From a virus: DNA of 64,000 nt. The stretch covers positions 11,524 to 75,523 of IMG/VR virus record IMGVR_UViG_3300044912_000492; one strand, given 5' to 3'. Both the position numbers and the translations under genes were made by a program. This document shows, piece by piece, positions 17,113 through 27,006 of this stretch. Under the pieces are notes generated by a model that was not told the DNA's origin, ran no database searches, and worked only from the letters and a program-made list of their open reading frames with translations. Position 1 is the stretch's first letter; each line of letters opens with the position of its first letter.

Positions 17113-17481
17113 TTAAGCTCTAGTGTGTTTTCCTGATAGACTCGCACAATTCTGTAGTTGCAAATTGTCGATAAGCCATTGCCGATCGCCATTGTATAAA
17201 GTCATTGTAGCTCTTAGATCAGAGCCGCTTTGCTTAGTAATACTGTAAAACGATGGGACAGATTGACTGGTTACTCCAAGGCTACCATCGGTCATCTGAG
17301 TATCGATAGTAGTTTTGTATGCGTCTAATCCGTCAAGCTTTGATTGTACCTCAGTTATAGCACTCACTCCATAGGTGTCTTCATAGGTTGTGAGGGTGCT
17401 TTCAATCAATGCGTAGTAATCGCGTGTGAGATTGAGGTACTTAACAATGCGATCGCGATCGTTGGTTGTCCATGTACTCAT
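17113..17481 (-). CDS. hypothetical head-module protein (122 aa)
   Basis: Coupled between the portal and scaffold genes. Confidence 0.5.
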   Translation of the reverse strand: MSTWTTNDRDRIVKYLNLTRDYYALIESTLTTYEDTYGVSAITEVQSKLDGLDAYKTTIDTQMTDGSLGVTSQSVPSFYSITKQSGSDLRATMTLYNGDRQWLIDNLQLQNCASLSGKHTRA

Positions 17482-19127
17482 GATTCCGCCTCCGTTTCAT
17501 TTTCTTCATCTTCATCTTCGCTATCGTCTTCTTCTTCGTCGTCAATCTCAGTCTCTACCGATTGGCTTTGATTAGCATTAGCAACCATCTCAACAGGCGG
17601 CGCGATCGCCACAATTTTCTGATCTTTGGGTAAGAAATTAATTCTATGCAAAATCTCAGTAGCTGCTTCTTCGGTTAATCCTTTATTGATTACCTCAAAG
17701 ATAGTGCGAATCAAGTTCACATCAGCAGGGGCAAGAATAAAGCTCAAATCTACGTCAATTGTACCGTGATCAGCCCTTACGTCTTCACCTTCCCACATTG
17801 CCCAATGGCAAAAGACTTGCTGAGAGCATGATTCTTTATTGACTTCATACTCTTGCAATCCTGCTTCATTTTGCCCTGCCTTGATGCTCACCTCAGTAGC
17901 AGATTGTTGGACAAATGATTCACCCAAAAAGTTGAAAACAGTTTGTTTAATCAGTGATTCTAATCGGTCTAGAGCCTCAATCATAGGCGCGACACTATTA
18001 GCATCAGCTTGCAAATAGTAAACCTTAGCGGCTCCGATCTGGGTTAGCACTGTCTCAATAACAGCAGCACCGCCTGTTGACAAAGGATTAAGCTTTTCTG
18101 GAATAAAGTCAATGTGTTCACGAACAGCAGTCGGTTGCATCTTGCGAACTGTTGCAAGCCAATCGCTAAATACTTGGTAATAAGTATGATTCTTTTGCTG
18201 TAAATCAAGTAAAGGCGGTATCGTATCCCAAGGGTTAGCACTGGTTACTGAGTACAGCACAAAAGGGATTTGACTTAGTGGCTTACCATTGGTATCTAAC
18301 AATGGCTTAGGTGCTTCTACCTCTCGATATTCTTTTTCGCCTTTGTCGTTGGTTTCAATGCAAGTTACCGATCGCATCACAGCATAATAAATACGATCCT
18401 CCTCTTGTACTTTGATTAGCTCGTATTCCCAGCAATAGTTTTTCATTGACTGCTTATAACGAGTTTCGCTAATCACCTCACTCCGATCAATGGTGACGTG
18501 CTTGAGTAGTACCGATCCGTCATTGGTGTATTCGTAATCCTTAATATCAATATCAAGCCTAGGGATTAGCACCGAATAGGGGCGCAAATCTAATTGCTGT
18601 TCAACCGCACGATTAGGAATTTCGCCAAAATTAGGATAGAGGGTAAGCACTCCCACAAAGCCATCACGTACAGCCATGCGATCGGCTTCAAGAAAGAATG
18701 CTCTTATTGATGTACCGCGCTTATCAAAATTTTTAGAGGCATTGACAACTGATTCGGGTACATTGCCACTAAGCACCCATTTACTTAGCAGACTAGATAC
18801 AATTTTGACGGCTGGCTTAAAAAAGTTAACAAATAGCGATCGCCTTAATCTGAAATACCACTCTTTTGGTGTTTCGCTTGGCATGAGTGGTAAATACTCC
18901 TCAGCCAAATTATCGATAATCTGATCAAGGTTCTCGCCATAAATCCAAGCGCTTTGCCCCTCATAGAAGTCAATACAACGCCTTACATTAGCTTGCTGCC
19001 TTTGGTACGCAATGCTCTTTAATGTTGGATTGTTATCATCGCCAAGTATGTTACCGCCTCGATAGCCTTTAGCGATCGCCTCTGGTAATTGATTTGGCTG
19101 TAGCGTGATTAAAGTTTCTGTTGTCAT
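17478..19127 (-). CDS. portal protein (putative)
   Basis: 549 aa; position in the head module; strongly acidic C-terminal tail 'DDEEEDDSEDEDEENETEAES'. Confidence 0.5.
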   Translation of the reverse strand: MTTETLITLQPNQLPEAIAKGYRGGNILGDDNNPTLKSIAYQRQQANVRRCIDFYEGQSAWIYGENLDQIIDNLAEEYLPLMPSETPKEWYFRLRRSLFVNFFKPAVKIVSSLLSKWVLSGNVPESVVNASKNFDKRGTSIRAFFLEADRMAVRDGFVGVLTLYPNFGEIPNRAVEQQLDLRPYSVLIPRLDIDIKDYEYTNDGSVLLKHVTIDRSEVISETRYKQSMKNYCWEYELIKVQEEDRIYYAVMRSVTCIETNDKGEKEYREVEAPKPLLDTNGKPLSQIPFVLYSVTSANPWDTIPPLLDLQQKNHTYYQVFSDWLATVRKMQPTAVREHIDFIPEKLNPLSTGGAAVIETVLTQIGAAKVYYLQADANSVAPMIEALDRLESLIKQTVFNFLGESFVQQSATEVSIKAGQNEAGLQEYEVNKESCSQQVFCHWAMWEGEDVRADHGTIDVDLSFILAPADVNLIRTIFEVINKGLTEEAATEILHRINFLPKDQKIVAIAPPVEMVANANQSQSVETEIDDEEEDDSEDEDEENETEAES

Positions 19128-19181
19128 TTTTGCAACATTAATTATTAATATGATATTATCAGCTTAATCTGAGTTAATGGG

Positions 19182-19252
19182 GCGTGATGCCCTAATTAAT
19201 AAAAGATTGCGGAAAAGATTAGAAGTGATTTCTAACTTTGAGCGTGATGCCC
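19182..19252 (+). repeat. two copies of GCGTGATGCCC, 60 bp apart, in the portal/capsid divergent intergenic region
   Basis: 19182-19192 and 19242-19252; each can form a short hairpin (gggc-gtgat-gccc). Confidence 0.5.
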
Positions 19253-19295
19253 CCCGCTACACAGCAAAGCACTCAAAGTTTAGGAAATCATAAAT

Positions 19296-20249
19296 ATGGC
19301 AGCTTTAACACTATTAGAAATGGCGAAGCAAGCCCGTGAGATGGGAGACATCTTAAAGGCTGGCATTGTTGAACAATATGCGGGTAATTCTCCGATCCTT
19401 GACGTAATTACGTTTGAAGAGCGTGCAGGTGGTGTTGTTGAGTGGCTACAAGAGAAGCGACTTCCTGTAATGGCTAACCGTGCGATCAATGAAGGCTTCA
19501 CAGCAGATATCGGTGAAGTTGAGCGACGGATCGAGAAAGTCGTTATCGCTGGTGGTGAAATTAAGATCGATACGGCTGGCTTAAAGCTGTATGGCGAAAA
19601 CGTCCTAACCACTCAAATCTCTATGGCGCTTAAGTCTTTACAACTTAAATGGCATGGTGATTTCTTTAACGGCGATCATGCTGCTAACCCTAAAGAATTT
19701 TCAGGACTTAAAACCCGCGCTGGTGGTACTCAGCTAGTACAAGCTGGTAGCGCTTCGGGTGGTGATGCATTGTCTCTCAGTGCATTGCGTCGAGCGATCG
19801 CTAAAGTACGCCCTGTAAATCCACGCGCTCAACTACGCATTTACTCTAATCTTGAGCTAGCTTTGCGCTACCAAGATGCAATCAGCAACCCTTCGATTTC
19901 TGGTTACGTTGTGCAAACCAAGAATGATGTAGGCGTAGAAGCTCCTACCTTCAAAGGTATCCCTTGGTACGCAATTGAAGAAGATGCAGAGGGCGATCAA
20001 ATCCTTGGCTTTACCGAAACTGGAAGCGGCGGCGGATCGGCGGTTTGCTCTTCGATCTACGTTGTTGCGTTCAGCCCTGAAGATCTTACAGGTATCCAAA
20101 CAGGCGGTATCGATGTTCGCGACATGGGTGAGATGCAAACTGAAACTAAGCGCTTGATCCGTATGGATTGGTTGAACAATTTCGCAACCTATAACCCTCG
20201 CTCCTTTGTTCGCCTTGCTGGTGTAAAGGACGCTGCTTTTACTGCTTAA
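19296..20249 (+). CDS. major capsid protein (putative)
   Basis: 317 aa; first gene of the rightward structural operon opposite the portal; N-terminal pattern resembles phage capsid families. Confidence 0.55.
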   Translation: MAALTLLEMAKQAREMGDILKAGIVEQYAGNSPILDVITFEERAGGVVEWLQEKRLPVMANRAINEGFTADIGEVERRIEKVVIAGGEIKIDTAGLKLYGENVLTTQISMALKSLQLKWHGDFFNGDHAANPKEFSGLKTRAGGTQLVQAGSASGGDALSLSALRRAIAKVRPVNPRAQLRIYSNLELALRYQDAISNPSISGYVVQTKNDVGVEAPTFKGIPWYAIEEDAEGDQILGFTETGSGGGSAVCSSIYVVAFSPEDLTGIQTGGIDVRDMGEMQTETKRLIRMDWLNNFATYNPRSFVRLAGVKDAAFTA

Positions 20250-20316
20250 TTCAATTCTGTGAATTTACAGGATTGATATTTATCAAGGCTTTTAGCCACA
20301 TTATCTGGAGAAAATT

Positions 20317-20763
20317 ATGGTCTACTCAGGCGCTTTTAAATCTACATTGCCCCGTCGCGCTAATACCGCGCAAGTTGACGCTCTTACTGTTTTGCGTGAT
20401 TACACGGCGGCGGCTCTCAGTGCAACTACTAATGGCACTCCTATCGAATATCCTTTTACTGCTGAAGAATCGGTAAAGGTGATCATTAATCAGGCTGCTT
20501 ACTCTAGCTATTCGGCTGGTTCGGTTAGCTGGACTCTATCTCTTGAAGTTTGCGACACTGTTGGCGGTACTTATAGGCAAGTCGCCTCTATTGCCCCCAC
20601 CGTAGCGGCTGGCGCGGCTCTCAATGGTCAAGAGGTCTTTTTGAGCGGTGAACAAATCAACAAAACTTTTGCTAATGCAAGGTTTTTACGAATTGTCGCA
20701 ACTAAACTCAGCACAGCAGGAAACCTCACTTTCGGTGCATACCTCGTTCCTTCTGGTTGCTAA
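20317..20763 (+). CDS. hypothetical virion protein (148 aa)
   Basis: Directly downstream of the capsid gene. Confidence 0.5.
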   Translation: MVYSGAFKSTLPRRANTAQVDALTVLRDYTAAALSATTNGTPIEYPFTAEESVKVIINQAAYSSYSAGSVSWTLSLEVCDTVGGTYRQVASIAPTVAAGAALNGQEVFLSGEQINKTFANARFLRIVATKLSTAGNLTFGAYLVPSGC

Positions 20764-20954
20764 TCATGAAAATGAATCTTTATCATCCTGAAACGGGTGA
20801 GCTATTCCGTATTCATCATCATGATGTTGATGGCTGGATCGCAAACGGGTTTCTAACCTCACCGCCTGATCTGAATCCGATTGCTACTGAAGAAACAGAA
20901 GCGATCGCACCAAAACCCAAAGCAAAGAAATCCGCACCTGTGGAACCCGAATAA
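20757..20954 (+). CDS. hypothetical protein (65 aa)
   Basis: Operon context. Confidence 0.4.
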   Translation: MLIMKMNLYHPETGELFRIHHHDVDGWIANGFLTSPPDLNPIATEETEAIAPKPKAKKSAPVEPE

Positions 20955-20999
20955 ATCTAAACGGAATAGGCGATCGCAAGGTCGCCTATTTTAATAAAA

Positions 21000-21941
21000 A
21001 TGACAGTACAAACTGATTTACAAACAAATTTAGACGCTTACATACAAGCTAATTTCTCTGGTAGTTTAGCTGAAGTTTCGGCTACCAAAAAACCGTTAGA
21101 GGATTTGCTAGACATACAGCAATCACTAAGCAGTGGCGGCGGTTCTGGTGGCGTTGCTGATACGACTGCAACAGGTACAATTACCACTCAAAATCTAGTT
21201 CCCGCTGGCGTTGCAACGGCTGGCTCCGCTGTATCTATAGACCTTGATAGCAAAGGTACAGTTACAATCCAAGTAACTGGAACTTATACAGGCGCTCTAT
21301 CAGCGCAAATCACGACCGATGGGACTAATTGGATTACTCCAACAAATACCGTATTTAAAGATATGACCACAGGTGCGAATAAGGCAGCTATTCCAAGCGC
21401 ATCTGTGGGGATTTGGCAGATTGAAGTTATAGGGCATGCAAAATTTAGATTGAGCGCTCTTGCAGCCGTCACAGGTACAGCTACTATTGCTCTAAGAGCA
21501 GCGGCAAATACTTCACAAGTAAGCGTTGCGGGTGTATCTACAGCAGCGAATCAAACAACTGGAAATGATTCTCTAACGAGTATTGACACTAAACTCCCTG
21601 CGAGTTTGGGCGCAAAAGCTCCTTCTGCTTCGCTATCAGTTACCCAAGCTTTTGCGGCAACTTCCACCCTAGCGAACGTGGCTAGTAGTGCGACATCGGT
21701 TAGTTTATTAGCTGCAAATAACAATCGAAAAACAGCGATTATTATTAATGATTCAACTTCAGATTTATACGTTACCCTTAATGCAAGCGCCGCAAGCACA
21801 ACAAACTATTCATTATTTTTAGCCGCCAAAGTTGGTAACACGCCATCATTTTTAGCTATAAATGGTGATGATTATTCGGGTGAAATTAGAGGGATTTGGA
21901 GTAGTGCCAATGGCTTCGCAAGAATTACGGAGGTCGTGTAA
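21000..21941 (+). CDS. Ala/Thr/Ser/Gly-rich structural (fibre-like) protein
   Basis: 313 aa; low-complexity beta-rich composition typical of fibres or decoration proteins. Confidence 0.5.
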   Translation: MTVQTDLQTNLDAYIQANFSGSLAEVSATKKPLEDLLDIQQSLSSGGGSGGVADTTATGTITTQNLVPAGVATAGSAVSIDLDSKGTVTIQVTGTYTGALSAQITTDGTNWITPTNTVFKDMTTGANKAAIPSASVGIWQIEVIGHAKFRLSALAAVTGTATIALRAAANTSQVSVAGVSTAANQTTGNDSLTSIDTKLPASLGAKAPSASLSVTQAFAATSTLANVASSATSVSLLAANNNRKTAIIINDSTSDLYVTLNASAASTTNYSLFLAAKVGNTPSFLAINGDDYSGEIRGIWSSANGFARITEVV

Positions 21942-22909
21942 TGATTATTGTTAATAATCCTGCTGCTAGTGCTGCTAGTGCTGCTGGTATTGGGAAAAAC
22001 TATTTTAAAAACCCTAACTTCGCAGTAATTCAAGGCACTGCATCAGGCACTTTAGCTAATTCCACAGCGCTGCCAACAGCATCACTTGGTTATTTAGGAG
22101 AAACAGAGTGGTGTATTGCTGCTAGTGGTGGTACTCCTGCTTATGCTTTTAGCTCAGCAAATGAATCTGTGACCTTTACAGGAGCCGCTTCTACTACAGC
22201 AATTTATTTGCTACAAAGGCTTGAAAGTAGAGATACTAATAGAATTAAAAGCAAAACAGTAACTTTCTCTTGTGAGATTTCTAACTCACTTCTCACATCA
22301 GTAATTTGGGAAGTGTTTAGACCAACAACCAGTAATGATACTCATGGTACTATTGCAACACCAACACAGACATTGATTGCTAGCGGTACTTTCACTGTAA
22401 GTAGCACACTTACTAGATACAGTGCTACTTTTACACTGCCTGATTTAGTTTCTAGAGGATTAGAAGTAAGGTTAAGAGTAGGGACGCAAACATCAGGTAC
22501 TTGGATAGTTGCAAGATTGCAGTTGGAAGAGGGTAGTTTAGCTACTAACTTTAATTGTGGGGATTTTAGCCAAGAGTTGGAAAGATGCCAGAGATATTAC
22601 TGGAAGCAATCCCCTTACGGTGTTGCACCAAAAGCAACTTTTACAGTTGGATTAACGGGAAGTTATTTGGGTGGTGGCTCTAATGGCGGTGGGTATTGTA
22701 TCGTTAACGCTTCTTTCCCCAGAATGTTTGCTATTCCTATTGTTACAACCTCAGATGCATTAGGAGCGAGTGGCGTTTGGACTACAGATGCTGGTAATGG
22801 GCAGGGAGTTTTTCTTAACGGTATTTCGGATAATTCTATAACCTTCTCTGGGTGGGCTTCTGCTAATTACGGCTATTTGAGATATGAATGTTTTGCACAC
22901 ATCCCCTAA
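21941..22909 (+). CDS. fibre/receptor-binding-like structural protein
   Basis: 322 aa; ATGA-type coupling to the previous gene; composition similar to tail-fibre tips. Confidence 0.45.
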   Translation: MIIVNNPAASAASAAGIGKNYFKNPNFAVIQGTASGTLANSTALPTASLGYLGETEWCIAASGGTPAYAFSSANESVTFTGAASTTAIYLLQRLESRDTNRIKSKTVTFSCEISNSLLTSVIWEVFRPTTSNDTHGTIATPTQTLIASGTFTVSSTLTRYSATFTLPDLVSRGLEVRLRVGTQTSGTWIVARLQLEEGSLATNFNCGDFSQELERCQRYYWKQSPYGVAPKATFTVGLTGSYLGGGSNGGGYCIVNASFPRMFAIPIVTTSDALGASGVWTTDAGNGQGVFLNGISDNSITFSGWASANYGYLRYECFAHIP

Positions 22910-22931
22910 AAATAAACTAATAAATAAAACA

Positions 22932-23366
22932 ATGGAATTTACATATAAACTAATACAAAATCAACCAAACTCCATCTTAAGACTTGAAGATGGAGCAATT
23001 ATTCCAGAAGGAAATAATGGCGATTGGCAACTATATGAAGCTTGGCTTGCTGATGGCAATACGCCTGAACCCGCTGATATTTTGTCTGTTGCGCCTCCTA
23101 ATTGGGATGCGCTTTATGGTCGCTTACTTGCCTACGACCTTAATCCGATTTTTGAAAGCGTTAAGGCGATCGCAAAAACTGACACTGCTATTAATTGGGA
23201 TCTAACGGCGCTTTCGACAGCGCTTTCGACAGTGAGAACTGAACAGGCTTTAAAGGACTGCTTAGATGAGTTGATTGCAGATGGATATGTGGTTAGTGAT
23301 GCTCATAAAGTGTTGTGGAATAGCGCGATCGCTGAATTAAACTTTAGCGAGTTGGTGAAATTATGA
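22932..23366 (+). CDS. hypothetical protein (144 aa)
   Basis: ATG 22932 follows the stop of the preceding gene. Confidence 0.45.
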   Translation: MEFTYKLIQNQPNSILRLEDGAIIPEGNNGDWQLYEAWLADGNTPEPADILSVAPPNWDALYGRLLAYDLNPIFESVKAIAKTDTAINWDLTALSTALSTVRTEQALKDCLDELIADGYVVSDAHKVLWNSAIAELNFSELVKL

Positions 23367-23530
23367 TCCGCAAAATAACCCTGACCGCGAACGCCGACAC
23401 GATCCTGACGGCGTTCCCAGTGCCTTTCCACAAGTTGCCTTTCTAGTTGCGATCGAGATAATCTAAATATTTCTATCAATACGATCTCCACTAAGCAACC
23501 TAAAAAGCAAACCAAAAAAAATTTAATAAA

Positions 23531-23896
23531 ATGCCTTGTAGTACTCCTCTCCCAATAAACAAATTTACAAATAATCCTATTTTAATTGGGTTCCCTTGGA
23601 AGGATTCGCTCGTATTTGCTACGGGTACTCTAGCCAGCCCTACCTATTTAAACCTGAGTTTGTACGATGTTTATTTTGCGATCGCCCCTTCATTTACATC
23701 AGCTATCAGCCTAGCTCCTACGATTACTAAATTATCTAACGGGCTTGCAACGTTTGAGTTTACTGATGTGCAAACAGCAACTATGACGGCTGGTACATGG
23801 GTGGGACATGTTTTTTTGCAACTTATTGCGGGCGGCGCTCCTGATTTTAAAATGCAACTTGAGATCCCTGTAATTGACCCAGTACCAACGCCATGA
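23531..23896 (+). CDS. hypothetical protein (121 aa)
   Basis: ORF only. Confidence 0.4.
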   Translation: MPCSTPLPINKFTNNPILIGFPWKDSLVFATGTLASPTYLNLSLYDVYFAIAPSFTSAISLAPTITKLSNGLATFEFTDVQTATMTAGTWVGHVFLQLIAGGAPDFKMQLEIPVIDPVPTP

Positions 23897-24002
23897 CGCA
23901 AATAATTAAATTCACAGAGCCTCTATTGCAGATTATTCAGCGCAACAATCAACCAACTTTAATTGTGCAATATTTAGTGCAGCGCCACCGCCTGATACGT
24001 AG

Positions 24003-24560
24003 CTAAATAGTTACGGACACATTGCCAAGATGATTGCAGCAAGCCTTGATTTGCTTAGGTGTATAGTCCACACCAAAATAAAATAAAGTCTGTCCTTTGG
24101 GATTGCCAGAATCTTTCTTTAGTCCATCGTTTTTAGGGTTTGTGAACTCAACACGATGATTAATGGTCAAATGGCACACGGAATAATTTTGAGCGTCTAT
24201 AAACCAATTACTAGACGTGTTTGAGTTTACCAATAAAAAACTATTACCGATATGGGCATAGCTTAGAACTAATTCTACTGCTCTATCAATGTTGCCCTTG
24301 GAATATGGTGGATTAAACCACTTGTTATAAAAATCGGTTAAATCTTTACTAAAAGCGTCATCAGTTTTAGTCCAGTATGTTTTCGCTTGTATGATTGTGT
24401 TAGCTCTAGCACACGAAAAAGCGTCAAGATCAAAGCCTCCAACTAAATCGCGAAATGGCTTTACATATTTTTCAGGCGTGTAATTTTCATCGTTATCCTT
24501 GTCTTCATCGGTGACAACTAAATGCATTGAGAAGAGATTAGGCTGTGTAATTAGCATCAT
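24003..24560 (-). CDS. dam: DNA N6-adenine methyltransferase (phage Dam family)
   Basis: Motif IV 'WFNPPYS'; size (185 aa) typical of the small phage Dam family. Confidence 0.75.
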   Translation of the reverse strand: MMLITQPNLFSMHLVVTDEDKDNDENYTPEKYVKPFRDLVGGFDLDAFSCARANTIIQAKTYWTKTDDAFSKDLTDFYNKWFNPPYSKGNIDRAVELVLSYAHIGNSFLLVNSNTSSNWFIDAQNYSVCHLTINHRVEFTNPKNDGLKKDSGNPKGQTLFYFGVDYTPKQIKACCNHLGNVSVTI

Positions 24561-24733
24561 TTTAAATCTCCAAAAAATGTCCCTTTGCCCATTTTGATCA
24601 TTACCGCTTGCTGTCCTAGGTAAAGCATGTGCAATTCAGTAAGTAGCTGCTTAGCTGTTTCTAAATCAATGTTTTGAATTTGCTGGCAAAACATCATGTG
24701 AGTAAATTCTTTTTCGGGCGGTAAGTTACTCAT
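24557..24733 (-). CDS. nblA: NblA-like phycobilisome degradation protein (58 aa)
   Basis: Hand-translated 'MSNLPPEKEFTHMMFCQQIQNIDLETAKQLLTELHMLYLGQQAVMIKM...'. It fits the NblA pattern L..EQEF....F..Q....s.E.AK.LL..L. ATGA overlap with dam. Confidence 0.5.
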   Translation of the reverse strand: MSNLPPEKEFTHMMFCQQIQNIDLETAKQLLTELHMLYLGQQAVMIKMGKGTFFGDLK

Positions 24734-24881
24734 TCCACTTTACCCACTCATTACAAGCTTGATTTAGCGATCGCCAATGATTACGAGTAGCGCTCTTGTC
24801 GCAAGTCTCACGCAGTTTACATGTAGCGCACAGAGTAGCGGACTCCATTTCTGTTATGATTTTGTCGATTGTTTTAGTCAT
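24726..24881 (-). CDS. small Cys-containing protein (51 aa)
   Basis: Hand-translated 'MTKTIDKIITEMESATLCATCKLRETCDKS...'; overlaps both neighbouring genes (coupling). Confidence 0.4.
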   Translation of the reverse strand: MTKTIDKIITEMESATLCATCKLRETCDKSATRNHWRSLNQACNEWVKWNE

Positions 24882-25209
24882 GATAAATACTCTTTTTTTT
24901 TACATTGATTACAGCATCTTGCTGTCTTTGTGTATGGCGTTTTAGTTCATACTCGGAGATGATTTCAATCGCTTTTAAGATGGTTTCAATAGAACTTTCT
25001 GCAATATCCCAATAGACCATCTCAGAGTAAAAAAGCAATGCAATATATTCTTTCTGTATTGCCACAATCCAAGAGCCAATTTCGCAAATATTGTCAAAAT
25101 CATCAGCGTCAAATTCGATAGGCTCAAAATCGCCTTGATGCTTAAATCCTAGATTGGATAAAGCTTTATGAAGATCTTCTTGTTTCATAATCCCTTTAAC
25201 TCCTTCCAC
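24874..25209 (-). CDS. hypothetical protein (111 aa)
   Basis: ORF in leftward operon. Confidence 0.5.
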   Translation of the reverse strand: MEGVKGIMKQEDLHKALSNLGFKHQGDFEPIEFDADDFDNICEIGSWIVAIQKEYIALLFYSEMVYWDIAESSIETILKAIEIISEYELKRHTQRQQDAVINVKKKSIYHD

Positions 25210-25388
25210 TCAGTAACTAACATCCGATACGCCGCCAAATCCTGATTAATTTGCGCGTTTACCATTGGCTTATCAAAGCTGTGATCCGTCATGCGATCGC
25301 CTATCGACTCCACAAGCTTGTCAATGGCTTGCTCTGTACCTGCGATCGCGTCTTGCTTGATTTGTGGTGTCATCATAATTTTATACAC
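25185..25388 (-). CDS. hypothetical protein (67 aa)
   Basis: ORF in leftward operon. Confidence 0.4.
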   Translation of the reverse strand: MYKIMMTPQIKQDAIAGTEQAIDKLVESIGDRMTDHSFDKPMVNAQINQDLAAYRMLVTEWKELKGL

Positions 25389-25654
25389 GTCGCTTTAGGT
25401 TTGCCTCTAGATGTCAGGGTAACCGTTCCTTCCATCTCCAATAGGTCGAGAAAATCACTGGTAAAGTCACGGGCTTGAGTAAAGCTAACTGTTGAGAATT
25501 GACCATCAATTAGCTTCGTAAGTCTAAAGATAGGCTTACCGTAATCCTTCACGATTACATCGCGATTGTTCACTCTTACCGATCGGCATAGCGTCGTTAA
25601 GCTATGCCGAAAATTTGTGATTGATGTTGATTCTGTTTGTTGTGTGTTACTCAT
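25373..25654 (-). CDS. Phd/YefM-like antitoxin-fold protein
   Basis: 'SITNFRHSLTTLCRSVRVNNRDVIVKDYGKPIFRLTKL' resembles the Phd/YefM N-terminal pattern; ATG 25654 overlaps the upstream gene stop. Confidence 0.4.
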   Translation of the reverse strand: MSNTQQTESTSITNFRHSLTTLCRSVRVNNRDVIVKDYGKPIFRLTKLIDGQFSTVSFTQARDFTSDFLDLLEMEGTVTLTSRGKPKATCIKL

Positions 25655-25883
25655 GGCGTGAGTTTTTCCTGTAATAAACTCGATTTGGAGGGTTACCAGA
25701 TTGGACAACACCGTTAATTCTTACAGGGAAAGAGCCTTGAATGAATGGAGTCTCTCCGCATTGCTTGTAAAATTCGCGTGACTTTTCAGTGTCTTCCCCA
25801 CGAGAATCGTATGGAACCCAAACCCCATCAACAAAGATCTCTTTTGTGGTTTTTTCTTCATTCAACATGGTAATTACTCTCAT
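25647..25883 (-). CDS. hypothetical protein (78 aa)
   Basis: First ATG at 25883; the ORF-track start at 25955 is TTG. Confidence 0.4.
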   Translation of the reverse strand: MRVITMLNEEKTTKEIFVDGVWVPYDSRGEDTEKSREFYKQCGETPFIQGSFPVRINGVVQSGNPPNRVYYRKNSRHE

Positions 25884-25948
25884 CTTTCCTAATGCGATCG
25901 CGCCTACTCTTGATCGCGTGATGTGGCTTCTAGCAGGAGAAGTGTGGG

Positions 25949-26092
25949 TTACCAATACGTGTTTGCATAACGCTTTAGCCAGTCAAAGAAAACTGCTAAT
26001 CCAACTACGCCACTAGCTACAAGCGCCCAGTTAAAACCGATAGAACATAAATAGCAGCCATAAAAAACCACGATGATAGTTACAAATTGCAT
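25949..26092 (-). CDS. small membrane protein (47 aa, two hydrophobic segments)
   Basis: Hand-translated 'MQFVTIIVVFYGCYLCSIGFNWALVASGVVGLAVFFDWLKRYANTYW'; AAGGAG 6 nt upstream. Confidence 0.45.
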   Translation of the reverse strand: MQFVTIIVVFYGCYLCSIGFNWALVASGVVGLAVFFDWLKRYANTYW

Positions 26093-26212
26093 TGTTTACT
26101 CCTTGTTTCTTGTTACTTGTTTCTTGTTTAACAGTTAATAATATACACGAATTGAACGAATAGTACAACACCAAAATCATAGCTGTTACGCCGCAAAATC
26201 ATAAGCAAAAAT

Positions 26213-27004
26213 CTATGATTGAATATCGCGCCAAATATCAGAGTAGTTAAGCAGCTTGTTATCCAAGTCCCCCATTTCTTTCCTTGGTTTAAAGCTAATT
26301 CCATACTGAGTTAGAACCTTTGTGCTAGCTTCGCCTAATGCTTTCTTGGTAAATGGGTAGTCGCGGCTCTGAGCTAATTTAAAAGCCATGTTGAGAGATA
26401 AAAGATCACACTCAATCTCAGTAGCTTGGATTCGTGAATATAAAGCTGCATCATGCAACCCTTTAGGAGCCTTAAATATCTCATGAGTACTAGCGCGATT
26501 ATTTAATAAATCTTCTGTTTGTGGAAGAGTAAGGTTTACACCCATATCTCTAAACCTTTTGGCGATTGTACTGATATCTAGCCATGTATCAGTTAAAGCT
26601 TGCTGTAGCTGTTCTGTAGTCACAATCCGAACGCTTTCAAGCTTTATCCCCTTTGTTGTCTTCTTTTGTTTGGGATTACTCTTTGATTTAGAATCTTTTA
26701 CATTTTTAGGCGGCTTAGTCGGGCGATCGCTCTTAGGCTTAGGCGGTGGTGTCGCAATCTCACTAATCTGAACAATTTGGCGATCTAGTAGGTATTGCCA
26801 CAATACGCCCCACTGCTTTTTGCTTGCGTTCCAATTGGCAAAGGAAAGCGCACTATATGCAATCTTCTCGTATGGGTATAGATTCTCATCGTTGCGCTCT
26901 CGTTCAGCGATCGCACTCAAGATCGGCGCAATTTGTTGCCATAGTGCGGGGCTAGTGTCAGGGGATGGGAGCGAGGGGATGCAGATGGGTAGTGTGGGTT
27001 TCAT
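26213..27004 (-). CDS. hypothetical protein (263 aa) with a basic Pro/Lys-rich linker
   Basis: ORF only. Confidence 0.5.
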   Translation of the reverse strand: MKPTLPICIPSLPSPDTSPALWQQIAPILSAIAERERNDENLYPYEKIAYSALSFANWNASKKQWGVLWQYLLDRQIVQISEIATPPPKPKSDRPTKPPKNVKDSKSKSNPKQKKTTKGIKLESVRIVTTEQLQQALTDTWLDISTIAKRFRDMGVNLTLPQTEDLLNNRASTHEIFKAPKGLHDAALYSRIQATEIECDLLSLNMAFKLAQSRDYPFTKKALGEASTKVLTQYGISFKPRKEMGDLDNKLLNYSDIWRDIQS

Positions 27005-27006
27005 GA

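Noticed and set aside
23363-23446. 27-aa ORF coupled (ATGA) to the preceding gene, looking like the N-terminus of a truncated protein
   Set aside because: It ends at an in-frame TAG with no continuation. It may be a gene remnant, but that cannot be supported without homologues.
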